A DNA stretch of 64,000 bases from Octopus vulgaris (taxonomy: Eukaryota), in the NCBI GenBank assembly GCA_951406725.2, contig OX597815.1:116622001-116686000 (forward strand). The letters are read 5' to 3'. Made by a program: the position numbers and the translations under genes. Position 1 is the stretch's first letter. Each line of letters opens with the position of its first letter. This document shows positions 28,333 through 40,305 of this stretch, one piece after another. Below the pieces are notes generated by a model. The model searched no databases and was not told where the DNA came from. It worked only from the letters and a program-made list of their open reading frames with translations.

Positions 28333-29582
28333 CACATGGTATATAAGATATTTGAGGACAGATTTATTTTTATAAAAACATATATGATAACAGATAATAA
28401 CTTTATTTATCAAAAATTGCTATGGGGTTAAAAATAAACCTTTTTTTTCTATTATGTTATTCAATAAAGCCACCTTCAGTTTCAACAACTGCTTCTATAT
28501 GAGATCTAAATTTTCTACATACTTGAATCAAGTGGTCCTGGTTCATTTTGGACATTACTCTGACTATGGCAGCTTTCAAAGAATCTTCGGTGTTATGGGC
28601 ATGTTCATTGACCTCTCTCTCAACAATGCTTCACATGAAATAGTCCAATGGGTTGAGATCTGGGGAATTAGGAGGCCAAAGTTTAGGGGTTATGTAAGCA
28701 TGAAAATTTTCAGCCATCCATTCCTATGTTACTAGAGCCATGTGTGATAGTGCAGAGTCTTACTGAAACACATATGGCCTTCCATTGCAAACACTGTCTA
28801 TCCAAGGCTTAACAATTATTTCCAGGACCTCAATGTAGGCAGCAGTGTTAACTCTAAGGCCCTGTGGAATGAAGCAGGGAGACATCACATGTCCTTCATT
28901 GCTGACAACCCCCAAAACCATGAGAGTTGCAGGAAATTTTGTATGCATAACACTTGGAACTTCAGAAGGGTCTGCATATAAACATCTGCCATTTCTTCTG
29001 TTAACTTTTTGATCTTGGTCAAAGTTTTACTCATCTGAGAAAAATCAAGTCAAATATTCTTCTGCTGGATTTTTCAGTTTGTTTAAGATTTTTTTAGATC
29101 TGATGTAGTAATCTTCTCTTGCTTTTTCGGACAAATCAACCTTTCCTCATCATATAAGACCTGATGTCTTCATGGACATTTCTGACTGTTCCTTCTGACA
29201 CATGGAGATCTTTTGCAATTGACCTCGTGGACTTTCTGAGATTGTAATCAATGGTCTGTTGAATTTGTTGGATGAAATTAGGTGTTCTGATGATTTCAGA
29301 GCATTTAGAATGCTTTTTAAGCTGGTGATATGTTTCCATCTTAAATCTGTTGCTCCTTACAAACTTTGTAGATGAAATATCTGGCAACTTTTAAAAATCA
29401 AGATATTTCTAAATTGCTATGCTCAACCTTTATAACCACAATAACAGCATGCCTTTTCATTTCTTGAGTAAGCTGAGGGTCTGCCGTTATTATTTACTGA
29501 AACAAAGATTATACAGAGTTAACAAAAAAATGCAGCAATGACCCCAAAAAGGTATGTCCTCAAATACCTTATATGCACCCTG
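28333..29582 (-). mobile_element. Full-length decayed DD37D (maT-type) Tc1/mariner transposon
   Basis: Roughly 28-bp imperfect TIRs (CACATGGTATATAAGATATTTGAGGACA vs CAGGGTGCATATAAGGTATTTGAGGACA) with TA flanks. Transposase remnants TKFPATLMVLGVVSNEGHVM...YVFQ*DSALSH...WPPNSPDLNPLDY give a 37-residue D-D spacing. Confidence 0.88.
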
Positions 29583-29622
29583 TATATATATATATATACA
29601 CACACACACATACACACACACA

Positions 29623-29686
<64 letters not shown>

Positions 29687-29907
29687 CATGCATATATATA
29701 TATACACACACAGGAGTCAACAACTATTGAAAAGTTGCAAGACGCAATGAAAATTTTAGAAAAATAAATAAGTAAATGAGTAGAAATTTACCGGTGAGTA
29801 TGTTAAATTATAAGGTACTAAAAGAGAATGACTCTCCCCAGACACAACAGAATATGCTTCAACACACAAACTCACATAAAGCATCTTGCAAACCAAAACC
29901 CAAAAAT

Positions 29908-29941
<34 letters not shown>

Positions 29942-30016
29942 CATACATACATACATGCATACATACATACATACATACATACATACATACATACATACAT
30001 ACATACAAACATACAT

Positions 30017-30066
<50 letters not shown>

Positions 30067-33000
30067 GCATGTATCTATGCCTGTATGTATACACACATGT
30101 ATGTATGTGTGTGTGGGTGCAATTCCTAATAATATTTAATCATAAATATGCATTAAGGTATCTCTAAACATCATATGGCTATGAGGGTCCATCCAAGTAA
30201 AATATGAACCAAAGGGGTCCATAGGTAAAAAAGGGTTGAGAACCACTGCATTAGAGCCTAGGATAGAAAGCCTTCTAGAATTTGCTTTGACTTTTTACTC
30301 TCTGAGTTCAAATTCCACCAGTGTAATTTTTGTCTTTTATCCTTTTGATGCTGATAAAAAGTATCAATCCACAATGAGGGATTATCAAAACAAGACAAGA
30401 ACAATGGGCCAGGTACTTTGTAGTGTTTGTTCCAGCTCTTTGTGTGCTGAGTTCAAATTTCTCCATGGCAGGTGGTAGATCTAGTCTTTCACCCAGTTTA
30501 ACACCTGATTAAAGATATGTCTGGTGTCTTTAGTAAAGCTCACTCTACTTTACCAAACTTGGAGGCGCTGCCTTCCCCCTTGAATAAAAAACGATATTTT
30601 TTTTTTAAATCACACTTCCATGCCTGGATGGCTTGTGACAAATTGGAAACATTTTCAAATAGTGCTGGTGGATTAAATTGTTTTAGAAATTCTTGAATCT
30701 GAACAGAAAGTAATATGGCTTCATGGCCATGGAGAACTTCCACTACTTGAGAAACCAATTGATTGTCTTTTAAGCTTTCATGCCTTAAAATTTATGCTTT
30801 ACTTTTTGATGTCAAAGAAACAATCTGGGGTTATTTATGTCTGTCCCTACTTCAGAAGTGTTGCTATTTTCCCAACTACCAGCCCCTAAATTATATCTGC
30901 TATTTTCTGTTACTAGGTCCCAACTGAAACTATCTCTACTATTCTTTCTCTGAACCCCATTCCCATCTGCTATCTCAAAATTTCTGTGACTTTGCAGTTT
31001 TGCAGCACTGATTCGGACTTCAACTCCAAGTATGAAGAGATATGACATCTTTTCTTCAACTGAACATAATGCACTTTAAACTAAAGAAGAAATACTGCAC
31101 TCCTCAGAGTTCAAACTATGAATCATATCTCATACTCTCCTACCATCAACATGCATACCTACAAAATCACATCCCAAACTTTTTTATCTTCCAAAATTAA
31201 AGTGCTAACTCCTCTTAATTTTCATTTTCTACTTTCTGACCTCATAACGGTTCCAATCTTTACAGTACCATCTCTCTTCTTCAAAGAAGATAAAAATATT
31301 CACACTCTTTTAGTTAGAAATTCCCCAACCTCCATCCACACTCCACCAGACATCTTCATGTGCATTCACTATACATACCACAACAATCACTGGCCCTTTA
31401 TCCCATTATTATATCAACAAAAGCTTTAGCTGTATATCTCCTAATGTTGTATACTGATTTACAAACAATCTCTGTGTGCTCTACATTCTGGCAAAGCAAG
31501 ATATTATTCAGGTGACTGATCCAATGGATATTTTCACAGCATTCTCCAATTCATTCAAGGTCAGTCTGTGATCTATGAGTTTAATACACCTGTTCACACT
31601 ATTAACCACCTTACCTCTCAATCTTCAACATTTCCATGCAGTTTGGAGCATCACACTCCAGAAAATGCTGAGTAAAATGTATTATCTTTTCTATTGACTC
31701 ATCTCATAAATTCTTAAATGACTATCTCTCCACTTCCTGCTTCCTCACATCCCTGTATAACTGTTTATTTTGAAAATGTTACAACAAGATATATAAACAA
31801 ACATTTTAGTTTTACAAATAAAAATATAATACAAACAACCAACAGAACAAGAAAAAATTAAATGTTTTTTTGACTCCACCTTAAGTTATAATAATAGGTT
31901 AATACAAAAAGCAGAAAATCCATCTGGTTAGAATGTGCTTATCTCATCTTTGTCAAATATGAAACTGGAAAAGGACTAAGAATTAGATGCTTTCACTTCC
32001 AAAGAAGTTACTCTTCTTACTGATGTGCTATGATTTTATTTTTCTTTGCGGGTATTTAGAAACCTCTAGGGTAGTGAAGATTTCCCAAGCAGAAAAAGTA
32101 GGAAATCAGAGGATAGTGGCAGCTGTGATATCTTGTAAAATTAGGTGAAGCATATCCAGTCTAGTACAAAGGCAATGGTAGAATTTAAGAATGGTGCATC
32201 TTCTGCCATTCATCTTTTAGACTGTATTCTTATTCTCTCTCTCTCTCTCCCTTTTACTTTTGGTTATTGAGCTACAAAGCCACGATGACTGACTCCACAC
32301 AGGAAGTATTTAGCCTTTCTGATTTATTCTTTAGTATTGTATGTGTAATGTTGTGTGAAATAGAAAGATAATAGTAAAAACCCCTTTTATGTGATCTAAA
32401 AAAAATTACTGTACCAGGTTTTTTAGGGAGCTCCAAAATCGTCATTCTACCTAATAGAAATAGCAGCAAAATATCTCACAAAACCCACTCAACCATCTTA
32501 AATATAGAAAGAAAGTATAATGGAGCCCCTCATATCCCTAAAAAAAATATCAAATGGTCATGGCTGGAATGCCTTCCTTTAATCATAGGTCTTCTCAATT
32601 AGAGCTGACCTGGGGTTAAATAACAACAACATCTATCTTCTTTAGGGCCTGAAGATTCTTCAGACTCCAAAATTATTGATAAAACTTAACTAAAGCCCTC
32701 AATGCCATATTATTCCCAGACAGGGCTGTTTTAACAGTATTATAGACCCTTAGACAAATCCTTATACTGGGTCCTATTGACCTCTAGACCTTGCTTCCTA
32801 CATTCAGATTTCTTTGTCAAATGTAATGGCTTTATTATGAATTAATCATGCATTATCTTGTAGCTTCAAGATTTCAATGGTTTGTGTGTATATTTCTAGA
32901 ATGATATTGAAGGGTAGGTGTAAGAGGTTGGATCTGGTCACAGTTTTAACATAAAATAGATAGAACATTTTGGGTTGGATATGGCCAGATTAAATGCTAA

Positions 33001-34912
33001 AGAGCTAAAATCACTTACACGCATGTCCCAACCGCTTTCTCATGGGCATATCATTTCTTCTATCTGCCTCTTCTACTGCTACCACAAGGTTGGGCTTATA
33101 TCATCTGAACTCCTGTTTGTCTCTTCTTTGTCCTTCACTTTTGTCGTATCCAACCCATAGGCCCTATATGTCCAGTCCTTCTTCCCCAAAATGTCATCCC
33201 TCTGGAGTTCCCTCCCTGCTCATGTCTTCTTTGCCAGTATTTGCATACAAAGGTTCAAGAGAAACATTAACGGCACCAATCTCACCTGTCTAGAAGATCC
33301 TTGCCTTTTCCTCCAGATCCAGCAAATAAAAATTATAAAAACCTTTATGATGCTATCACATATTGTGTGTGTGTTTGTTTGTGTGTGTGTGTGAGAGTGT
33401 GTGTGTGTGCATGTGTGTGTGTGTGGAGGGCAAATGTCATGATTTTACTGTTTTCTACATGTCACATCAACTATAGTCATCATCACATGCTTAGTTTTCA
33501 CTGTAACATGTAATATTGATTTGGCCTTCACCTTAGTCAAACTAACCAGTTCTTCATTAAATGGAATAGTTCTTGAGACTGTTAACCTCATCTGTTCAGC
33601 TTCACAAAACAGAAACAATAGGAACAACAACTAAAAGAATGATTCCATTCTTATTAGAAGTGATTCATTTCAAAACTTGAGGCATATAATCACCAAATTC
33701 TAGTTTTGGAGTAATATTTTATCTTTTTTTATCTTTTATTTGTTTTAGTCATTGGACTATGATCATGCTGGGGCACTTCCTTGAAGGATTTACTCAGACA
33801 AATCGACCCCAATGCTTATGTTTTTTAAGCTGGGTGTTTATTCTAGCAGTCTCTTTTGCCAAACCACTAAGTTATGGGGATGTAAACAAACCAACACTAG
33901 TTGTTGAGCCATGATGGAGGGTGGAGACAAAGACAAACACACACATGCACGTATGTATATATATATACACACATACACACAAAGGTCTTCTTTCAGTTTC
34001 CATCAAAGAAAACTGCTCACAAGGCTTCAGTTGGCCTGACACTATAATAGAAGACATTTGCCTAAAATGCCATGTAGTAGGACTGAACATGGAACCATGT
34101 GGTTAAGAAGCAAATTGCTTACCACACTACCATGCCTGCACCTACACATATAGTTCACTCTCAAAATGTTAGTTGACCTGGGGCTATATTAGAAGACACT
34201 TGCTCAAAGTTGCCCACATTGGGATCGAATCTGAAACTATGTGTTTATGAAATGAACTTCTTAGCCACACAGCCATGCTTGTGTTTATTAAAAAAGCAGA
34301 AGTGAGTCAATGTCTTTCTGTTTAAATTATCATTTATATTCTCAATCTTCCATATCTTTTTCTCATTTACAAATGCTTTCTCGGTTTCTATTTTCTCTTA
34401 AAGAATTACCATTCTCAATTCTTTATCACTTCTAAATCTACAAAACAATATACAAAGGAAATTTGGTTGTGTCAAGGCAGTTTAGTCTTCAATGAAAAAT
34501 GGTTAATGCTTGTTAAAAAAAATGTTAACCATCAACTGGCCGCAATTTCCCACTAAAATGTTTCTGCATTGTTTAAGTCTACTGCTGTTGTGAATGTAGT
34601 CATAGCTAATTTCTGTTTTTATTATCTAAGCATTCTTTTTATTTTGTTAAGTGACAAACAATTGATAAACTCAGCAGACAATATAAATATTTCTACAAAC
34701 AAAATAGACATGTGAATGTCTATGTTGTTCAGTAGTTTGCTTCACAATCACATGGTTCTGAGTTCAGTCCTACTACATGGTACCTTAGGCAAATATCTTC
34801 AACTATAGCCTCAAGCCAACCAAAGTCTTGCATGTAGCTTTGGAAGACAGAAACTGATAAAGTGTTGTTATATATATATATATATTCTCTCTCTGTTCAT
34901 TTTCTCGTGTTC

Positions 34913-34948
34913 CTTTCTGTTGAAGAGTTCAGGCTCGAAATGTAAAAG
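34913..34948 (+). ncRNA. Degenerate minimal type I hammerhead motif (Penelope-type); second copy at 56187-56222
   Basis: CTTT-CTGTTGA-A-GAGT(tcag)GCTC-GAAA-TGT-A-AAAG. The other copy has GAAA-CAT-A, consistent with an ancestral palindromic ACGT stem III. Confidence 0.4.
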
Positions 34949-35018
34949 ACTTTCTCACCTTCCCGAGTGTTAAACTAATACACCTGTTTTTATCATTTGT
35001 TTTTTAGTAAATTCCAAC

Positions 35019-35064
<46 letters not shown>

Positions 35065-35170
35065 AGTTCAGTAAAATTTAGATTCAGTTGAATATGGTAC
35101 TTAAGATAAAGGTATCAGAATTTAGTATGGCATTATCCATATAATTCAAAATGGGATGATTACAATTTTG

Positions 35171-35252
<82 letters not shown>

Positions 35253-35558
35253 GTATGTATGTATGTATGTATGTATGTATGTATGTATGTATGTATGTAT
35301 ACCTATGTATGTGTATCTGTGTTTGTGTTTGTCCACACCCACACTGCTTGACAACCAGTGATGGCATGTTTACATCCCTGTAACTTAGTGGTTCAACAAG
35401 AAAGACTAATACAGTAAGTGCTAAGTTTAAAAAATAGGTATTAGGGGTGGCCAATTCAACTAAAATTCAAAGCAGTGCCCTAGCATGGCCCCAGTCTAAT
35501 GACTGAAACAAGTAAAAGATAAAGATATATATATAAATGTGTGTGTGTGAGTGTGTGT

Positions 35559-35605
<47 letters not shown>

Positions 35606-35875
35606 TGTGTGTGTGTGTTTGTACACCCAACTGGTTTGTACACTATAGCAACATCATTGTTGTTTTCATTATTCTGTGTAACATCCTTTTGTTTTTTTTA
35701 TATCAGATTCTTCAGTTTTTGGGTGAACCACTCTAATAGCTTTTGAATGAAAATAGCCCATCTAGACATTTTTTTTCTTCAGAAAATGAAGGGTAATGAT
35801 ACATATTAAGCATACATTGAGTATATATTTAATAGAAAACCATAATGATATTATAACATTTATTGACATAATGAA

Positions 35876-36858
35876 TTATTTAGCCACATGAGCACCATTT
35901 CGACAGCTAACTTCAAAAACCCTTTTAGTCATGGAATCTGTCAATTTCTTACTAGTAGCTGGTTGGACTGCCTTTGTTGTAGCTTTCATGGTCACCCATA
36001 AGACATCTTTCAATGTAAATTAGCATCCATTGACATAAACATCTTGTCTTATGATGGACCAAAGATTTTCAATAGGGTTGAGATCTGGAGATGTTGGCAG
36101 CCACACTATCAACCTTTCACCTTGTATGCTGTAAGACCCTATTAATATTTGGGTGGTCCTAGCAGAGTGGGAGGGGATGTTGTCATGCATGAATACAAGA
36201 TTCCTCAGAAGTGACAGTGGTATGTCATCTAGCCATGAATCCAAGCTCTCCTTCAGGAGATTGCAGCAGGTGACTGTTGTCACTTTAACTCCTTCAGGCA
36301 CTCTGACTAAACCAACAAGTCTGTCCCCCATAATACCAGCCCACAACATGACTCCTCCACCCTGTTGTTGATGTCTCCAAAATAGATCCAAGCCTTTGCC
36401 CAACTGTCAGGTTCATCAAGGGTTGCTCTGGTCTTGTAAGTGAACAGAACCCAACTCATGTCTAACGTCATGTATTTTAGGGCCCACTGAAGCCTCAAAC
36501 TCCTGTAATGGAGTATTAAAAGAGGCAGTTTCAGAGGTTTTCACACAGAAGCCATTGTCCCAAGGATACAATTTCTGGTGGTTTTCGATACATGAGGAAG
36601 TCCGGAGGCAGTGAAACCTGTTTGTCCAGGTTTTCCACATAATTTGCAGCCTATATTCCTTAATTCCCTAGTTGTCACAGTCCTGAAGGTCCCACAATTG
36701 GATCGTTTCTTCCTTGGTGAAGGGTCCTTCAGGAGTCATCTAACTGTGTCCACATGATGACCTAACTTCTCCGCAATGACATGAAGAGAAGTGCCTTTAG
36801 CACTTTCCTTGATGATAACAAACTTTTCTTCATCATTAAGGCCTTTTCCACGTCCCAT
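35876..36858 (-). pseudogene. Frameshifted DD37E Tc1-family transposase
   Basis: Starts MGRGKGLNDEEKFVIIKE (HTH region). Contains VLFT(Y)KTRATLDEPDSW, QQGGGVMLWAGI and FMHDN...WLPTSPDLNPIENLW, with 37 residues between the second D and the E. Internal stops and frameshifts. Confidence 0.88.
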
Positions 36859-37049
36859 TGTCCTTAGAGAGGAGAGACACTATTAGTGTGATTCACCCAA
36901 AAACTGAAGAATCTGAAATAAAAAAGAAAGGACATGTAGCATACACTCGAGTGAAATTCTTCTCTCCCCTTTATTTGCAAAGACTGTACATCAGGTACAT
37001 TACACAGCCCTTACAATAAATATAAAAAGAATAACACATATATGTGCCA

Positions 37050-37101
37050 GAGGGAAAAAGAGAAACACAACTGAGTAGAATGTTTAAGAGAAGAATTTAT
37101 T
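37050..37101 (-). terminator. Polyadenylation signal AATAAA with downstream CA and GU/U-rich element
   Basis: Minus strand reads AATAAA (37101-37096) ttcttctcttaaaCAttctactcagTTGTGTTTCTCTTTTT, about 150 nt after the ORF stop. Confidence 0.45.
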
Positions 37102-37250
37102 GATATGTTAACATGTGTGTCTGTGTGTGTGTCATGTATATGCAATAACAGACAGGCTGTCATGAGAACAAAGTGTATGTGTGTATAGACATGGATGTAT
37201 GCATGTCTGTTAAGCACATACAAGAATAGCAATGTACACAGTGAAAGAGT

Positions 37251-37604
37251 CTATAATGAGAAGTGAGGAGAATGTTTATAGACACAAGAATGAGAATACC
37301 AGTTCATAGTCAATTGTACACAGTAGTTGAAATACTGTCTCAAGAAGTTGTGGCCATAGTGCTGAACTGGTTGCAGTACATGTCGTATGTGAAGTTGTGG
37401 CTGTGATGCTGCTGCCTGGGTCACTTGGTACAGGAGTTCTCGCAGGTTGTATATTCGCTGTTGATCCATGGTGAAGTAATTTATGAACAATGAAGTGTTG
37501 GAACCTGGGCAAGTTGCTTGTTGAGTTGTGTATGTAGAGATGTTGATGTTAGGATGATGGTGGCAACAGAGATGGAGTTGGATGAAGTTAGTGAGTCTCA
37601 ACAT
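37251..37604 (-). CDS. Orphan ORF (117 aa; 72 aa from the Kozak-context ATG at 37469) carried by the nested TIR element
   Basis: Uninterrupted, non-repetitive ORF with a true ATG at 37604 and an in-frame ACCATGG at 37469. It lies between a TATA box and a poly(A) signal. No family recognised, and coding status is unproven. Confidence 0.35.
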   Translation of the reverse strand: MLRLTNFIQLHLCCHHHPNINISTYTTQQATCPGSNTSLFINYFTMDQQRIYNLRELLYQVTQAAASQPQLHIRHVLQPVQHYGHNFLRQYFNYCVQLTMNWYSHSCVYKHSPHFSL

Positions 37605-37706
37605 AGCTGCTGTGGTGTTGTCGCTAGAATTGGTTGTCTTGTGTGGTCAGCGGCTAGACCTTAATAGGTTTGAAACTAAAGACGTCAAGATGAGGAGAAG
37701 CTGGGT

Positions 37707-37848
37707 TTTTATAAGGAGCTGTAGGTTCAAAACTGGGTTGAGAACAGGCTGTCTCATTTGACTTTATTTAGAGGCTCTGATTGGTTATGCACTGCAAATT
37801 AGCATGACAGAGTAAGAGACAAATTGCGCCAATACCAACCAATCAGAG
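37707..37848 (-). promoter_or_regulatory. Pol II promoter-like module: TATAAAA, inverted pair of NF-Y CCAAT boxes, octamer-like site
   Basis: Minus-strand TATAAAA at 37707-37713. AACCAATCAGAG occurs on the minus strand at 37775-37786 and on the plus strand at 37837-37848, with an extra CCAAT at 37829-37833. ATGCTAAT (octamer variant) on the minus strand at 37798-37805. Confidence 0.55.
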
Positions 37849-38155
37849 TAGTGGACACAATGGGGTCCAAATAGCAGCCAAAGGCTAACTGTTACCCGCT
37901 TCATTCAAGTACATATATATGATAAAGGGGAGAGAGGAATTTCACTCGAGTGTATGCTACAGATATTACACAGAATAATGAAAACAACAATGGTGTTGCC
38001 ATAGTGTGCAAACCAGCTGGGAAAAGTTTTATCAAAATCGATTCACAGAAAACTGAGAAATCCTAAATTTCACTCCTCAGCTATTAGCGTGATTAGGGGT
38101 GTATGTATGTATGCATGTATTAGTGTGTTTAGAGGGTATTTCTGTCTCCTTGACA

Positions 38156-39233
38156 TACCAAGCTGAGTCAAAAGTTTTTCTGTATTTCAAGCTTTAATTA
38201 ATAGTTGAAACTAATTACATATGCATTGCATTTTATCATCAAAAGATATTCCATCATATTCTATTGTTTGTTGCCATCATTATGTCAGAAGCTCAATTCC
38301 ATGCATATATGAGCTATTTGGCTGGTTTAGAGATGTAAAACTCTCTGCACCTGTTTTCAACCTCATCCACATTGTTCACCCTCTGTCTGTGCAGGAAATG
38401 ATCCATGGTTTGGAAAAGGTGGTAATCTGATGGTGCAAGGTCTGGACTGTAGGCAGGGTGAGGCAGCACTTCCAGCTGCTCAAGTTTCTCAAGTTTGCAC
38501 TTGGTCACATTGGCATTGTGTGCTGGGACATTGTCATGCAGTAAGAATGTGCATCTTTGAGTGACCAATACCAGGTAGTGGGCTTTCAAAATATCATATA
38601 TAGTGGTTGAGCATAAAGGTTAGCATTCACAGTATGACCATCTGGGATAAGTTCGCAGTGCCACATCCCCTTGAAATTCTACCAAACACCCAACATGACC
38701 TTCTGTTGAAAGCGCCCATGTTTGACAATAGGTTCTGAAGCCTGGCCAGAATGAAATTACTGATTTCTCTTATTAGGATTATGAAAATTTATCCATTTTT
38801 CATCCCTGGTTACAAGTTGACACCAAAAACAGACATCTCAAGGATTTGTTTGCAAATGTTCTCATGTCATTAAATCTGGTCATTGGTCATTTCAGGAGTA
38901 GCTTCTCCACAACATCTGTTACAAGACTGAGCTTATTGATGGTGCTTTGTGAAGGACCAAGTTCTGCCAGCAATGTATGAGTGCTTGTGCTTGGCAATTG
39001 TTCAACCATTTCAAATACGGCCTCGTCTATCACAACAGAAAGGCTCCTTGACCTTGGTTTGTCTTCAAGACTGGTGTCACCTTCCTTGAAATGCCTGAAC
39101 CAATTTTGTCCCACTCATTCATTGACAGTTCTTGGGCTTTACACATCATTAATTTCTTATTCTGGTGCCCCTACACTTAGCCCTTCTATGGGTAGCGTAA
39201 AATGGCTCTAATTGCAATTTTTTCTCCCCTCAT
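38156..39233 (-). mobile_element. Decayed mariner element (DD34D-type; here 35 residues between the last two Ds)
   Basis: WFRHFKEGDTSLEDKPRS (38887-39114) and LLHDNVPAH...VLPHPAYSPDLAPSDYHLF (38314-38589). Many stops. One end is unclear. Confidence 0.85.
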
Positions 39234-40305
39234 TATCAAATCTGTAAAATAAAGAATAAACAATTAATGCTTATGTTATATGTGCAAAGAAAGAATGATG
39301 GTGGTGGTGGTGGTAGAGGGGTAATTGGCACAAACTGAGAAGCAGGAGATGATTCATTACAAACTTATCTAATCTATGCCAACATGGAAAGAAAAATGCT
39401 AAAAAGATGCTTCTAGTGCAAATAATCATGATAAGGTTATTTATTATGATGAGAAAAGGGAAAAGAGTATGTATCTGCTTATACACACATACAATGAACC
39501 AATGAAGTAACCTCTACAAGGTTACTCAGTCTGCTAAAAAGTGCAGCCAAATCTCTCTCTTGTATTTCACTGTGCCATCTTAAAAAAAGATAAAAGACAT
39601 ACCGGATAATGTAATCCTAGATATACACTATGCACTAATTCAATAAGGAGTTTAGCATATGTGTAAGTGTCCATCAGGGTTCAGTCTTAAGCTCCCTTCT
39701 GTTTATTATAGCTTTCTAGGCCATAACAGATGAATTCAACACTGGCTGGCCATGAACACTTGTTTGATGACAATCTAGTTTTATAGCTAAATTATTTGAA
39801 GTAGGGGTAAAATACCAAACATGAAAGCAAGAACTGGCATCAAAAGATCTAAAGGTCAAAAGAGCAAAAGATAAAAGTTTTAATTTGGAGGAAAGAAATT
39901 AAACATTATTACCAACCAAAAAAAAAAACATTCGAGTGAGGTCGTTGCCAGTGCTGCTGGACTGGCTCCTATGCAGGTGGCATGTAAAAACACCATCTGA
40001 GCGTGGCCATTGCTAGTACCGCCTGACTGACCCTCATGTCAGTGGCATGTAAAAGCAACCACTACACTCTCAGAGTGGTTGGCATTAGGAAGGGCACTCA
40101 GCTGTAGAAACTCTGCCAGATCAGATTGGAGCCTGGTGCAACCATCTAGTTCACCAGTCTCCAGTCAAATCGTCCAACCCATGCTAGCATGGAAAGTGGA
40201 CGTTAAACGATGATGATGATGAAGAAGAAGTTTGGCTATGTTTGATTTGCAGAAAGAGAAAAGGAGGAACTCTATAGTGTGTTATATCAGTCTGAATATG
40301 CTTGA

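Larger units (their letters stand above)
36935..37961. mobile_element. 1027-bp non-autonomous TIR element (Ginger-like termini; solo LTR is the alternative) nested in the right TIR of the DD37E element
   Basis: 40-bp TIRs, 39/40 identical (TGTAGCATACACTCGAGTGAAATTC(T/C)TCTCTCCCCTTTAT; 36935-36974 and 37922-37961). 4-bp TSD GACA/GATA. Removing it restores the host TIR. Confidence 0.85.
35624..38101 (-). mobile_element. Tc1-like DNA transposon, DD37E (TRT-like), long IR/DR-type TIRs, TA TSD; decayed and carrying a nested insertion
   Basis: TA|CACCC at 35622-35628 and GGGTG|TA at 38097-38103. The left TIR (35624-35740) is the reverse complement of 36881-36934 plus 37966-38021. A direct repeat TATTAG(T/C)GTGATT sits at 36881 and 38082. 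Confidence 0.85.
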
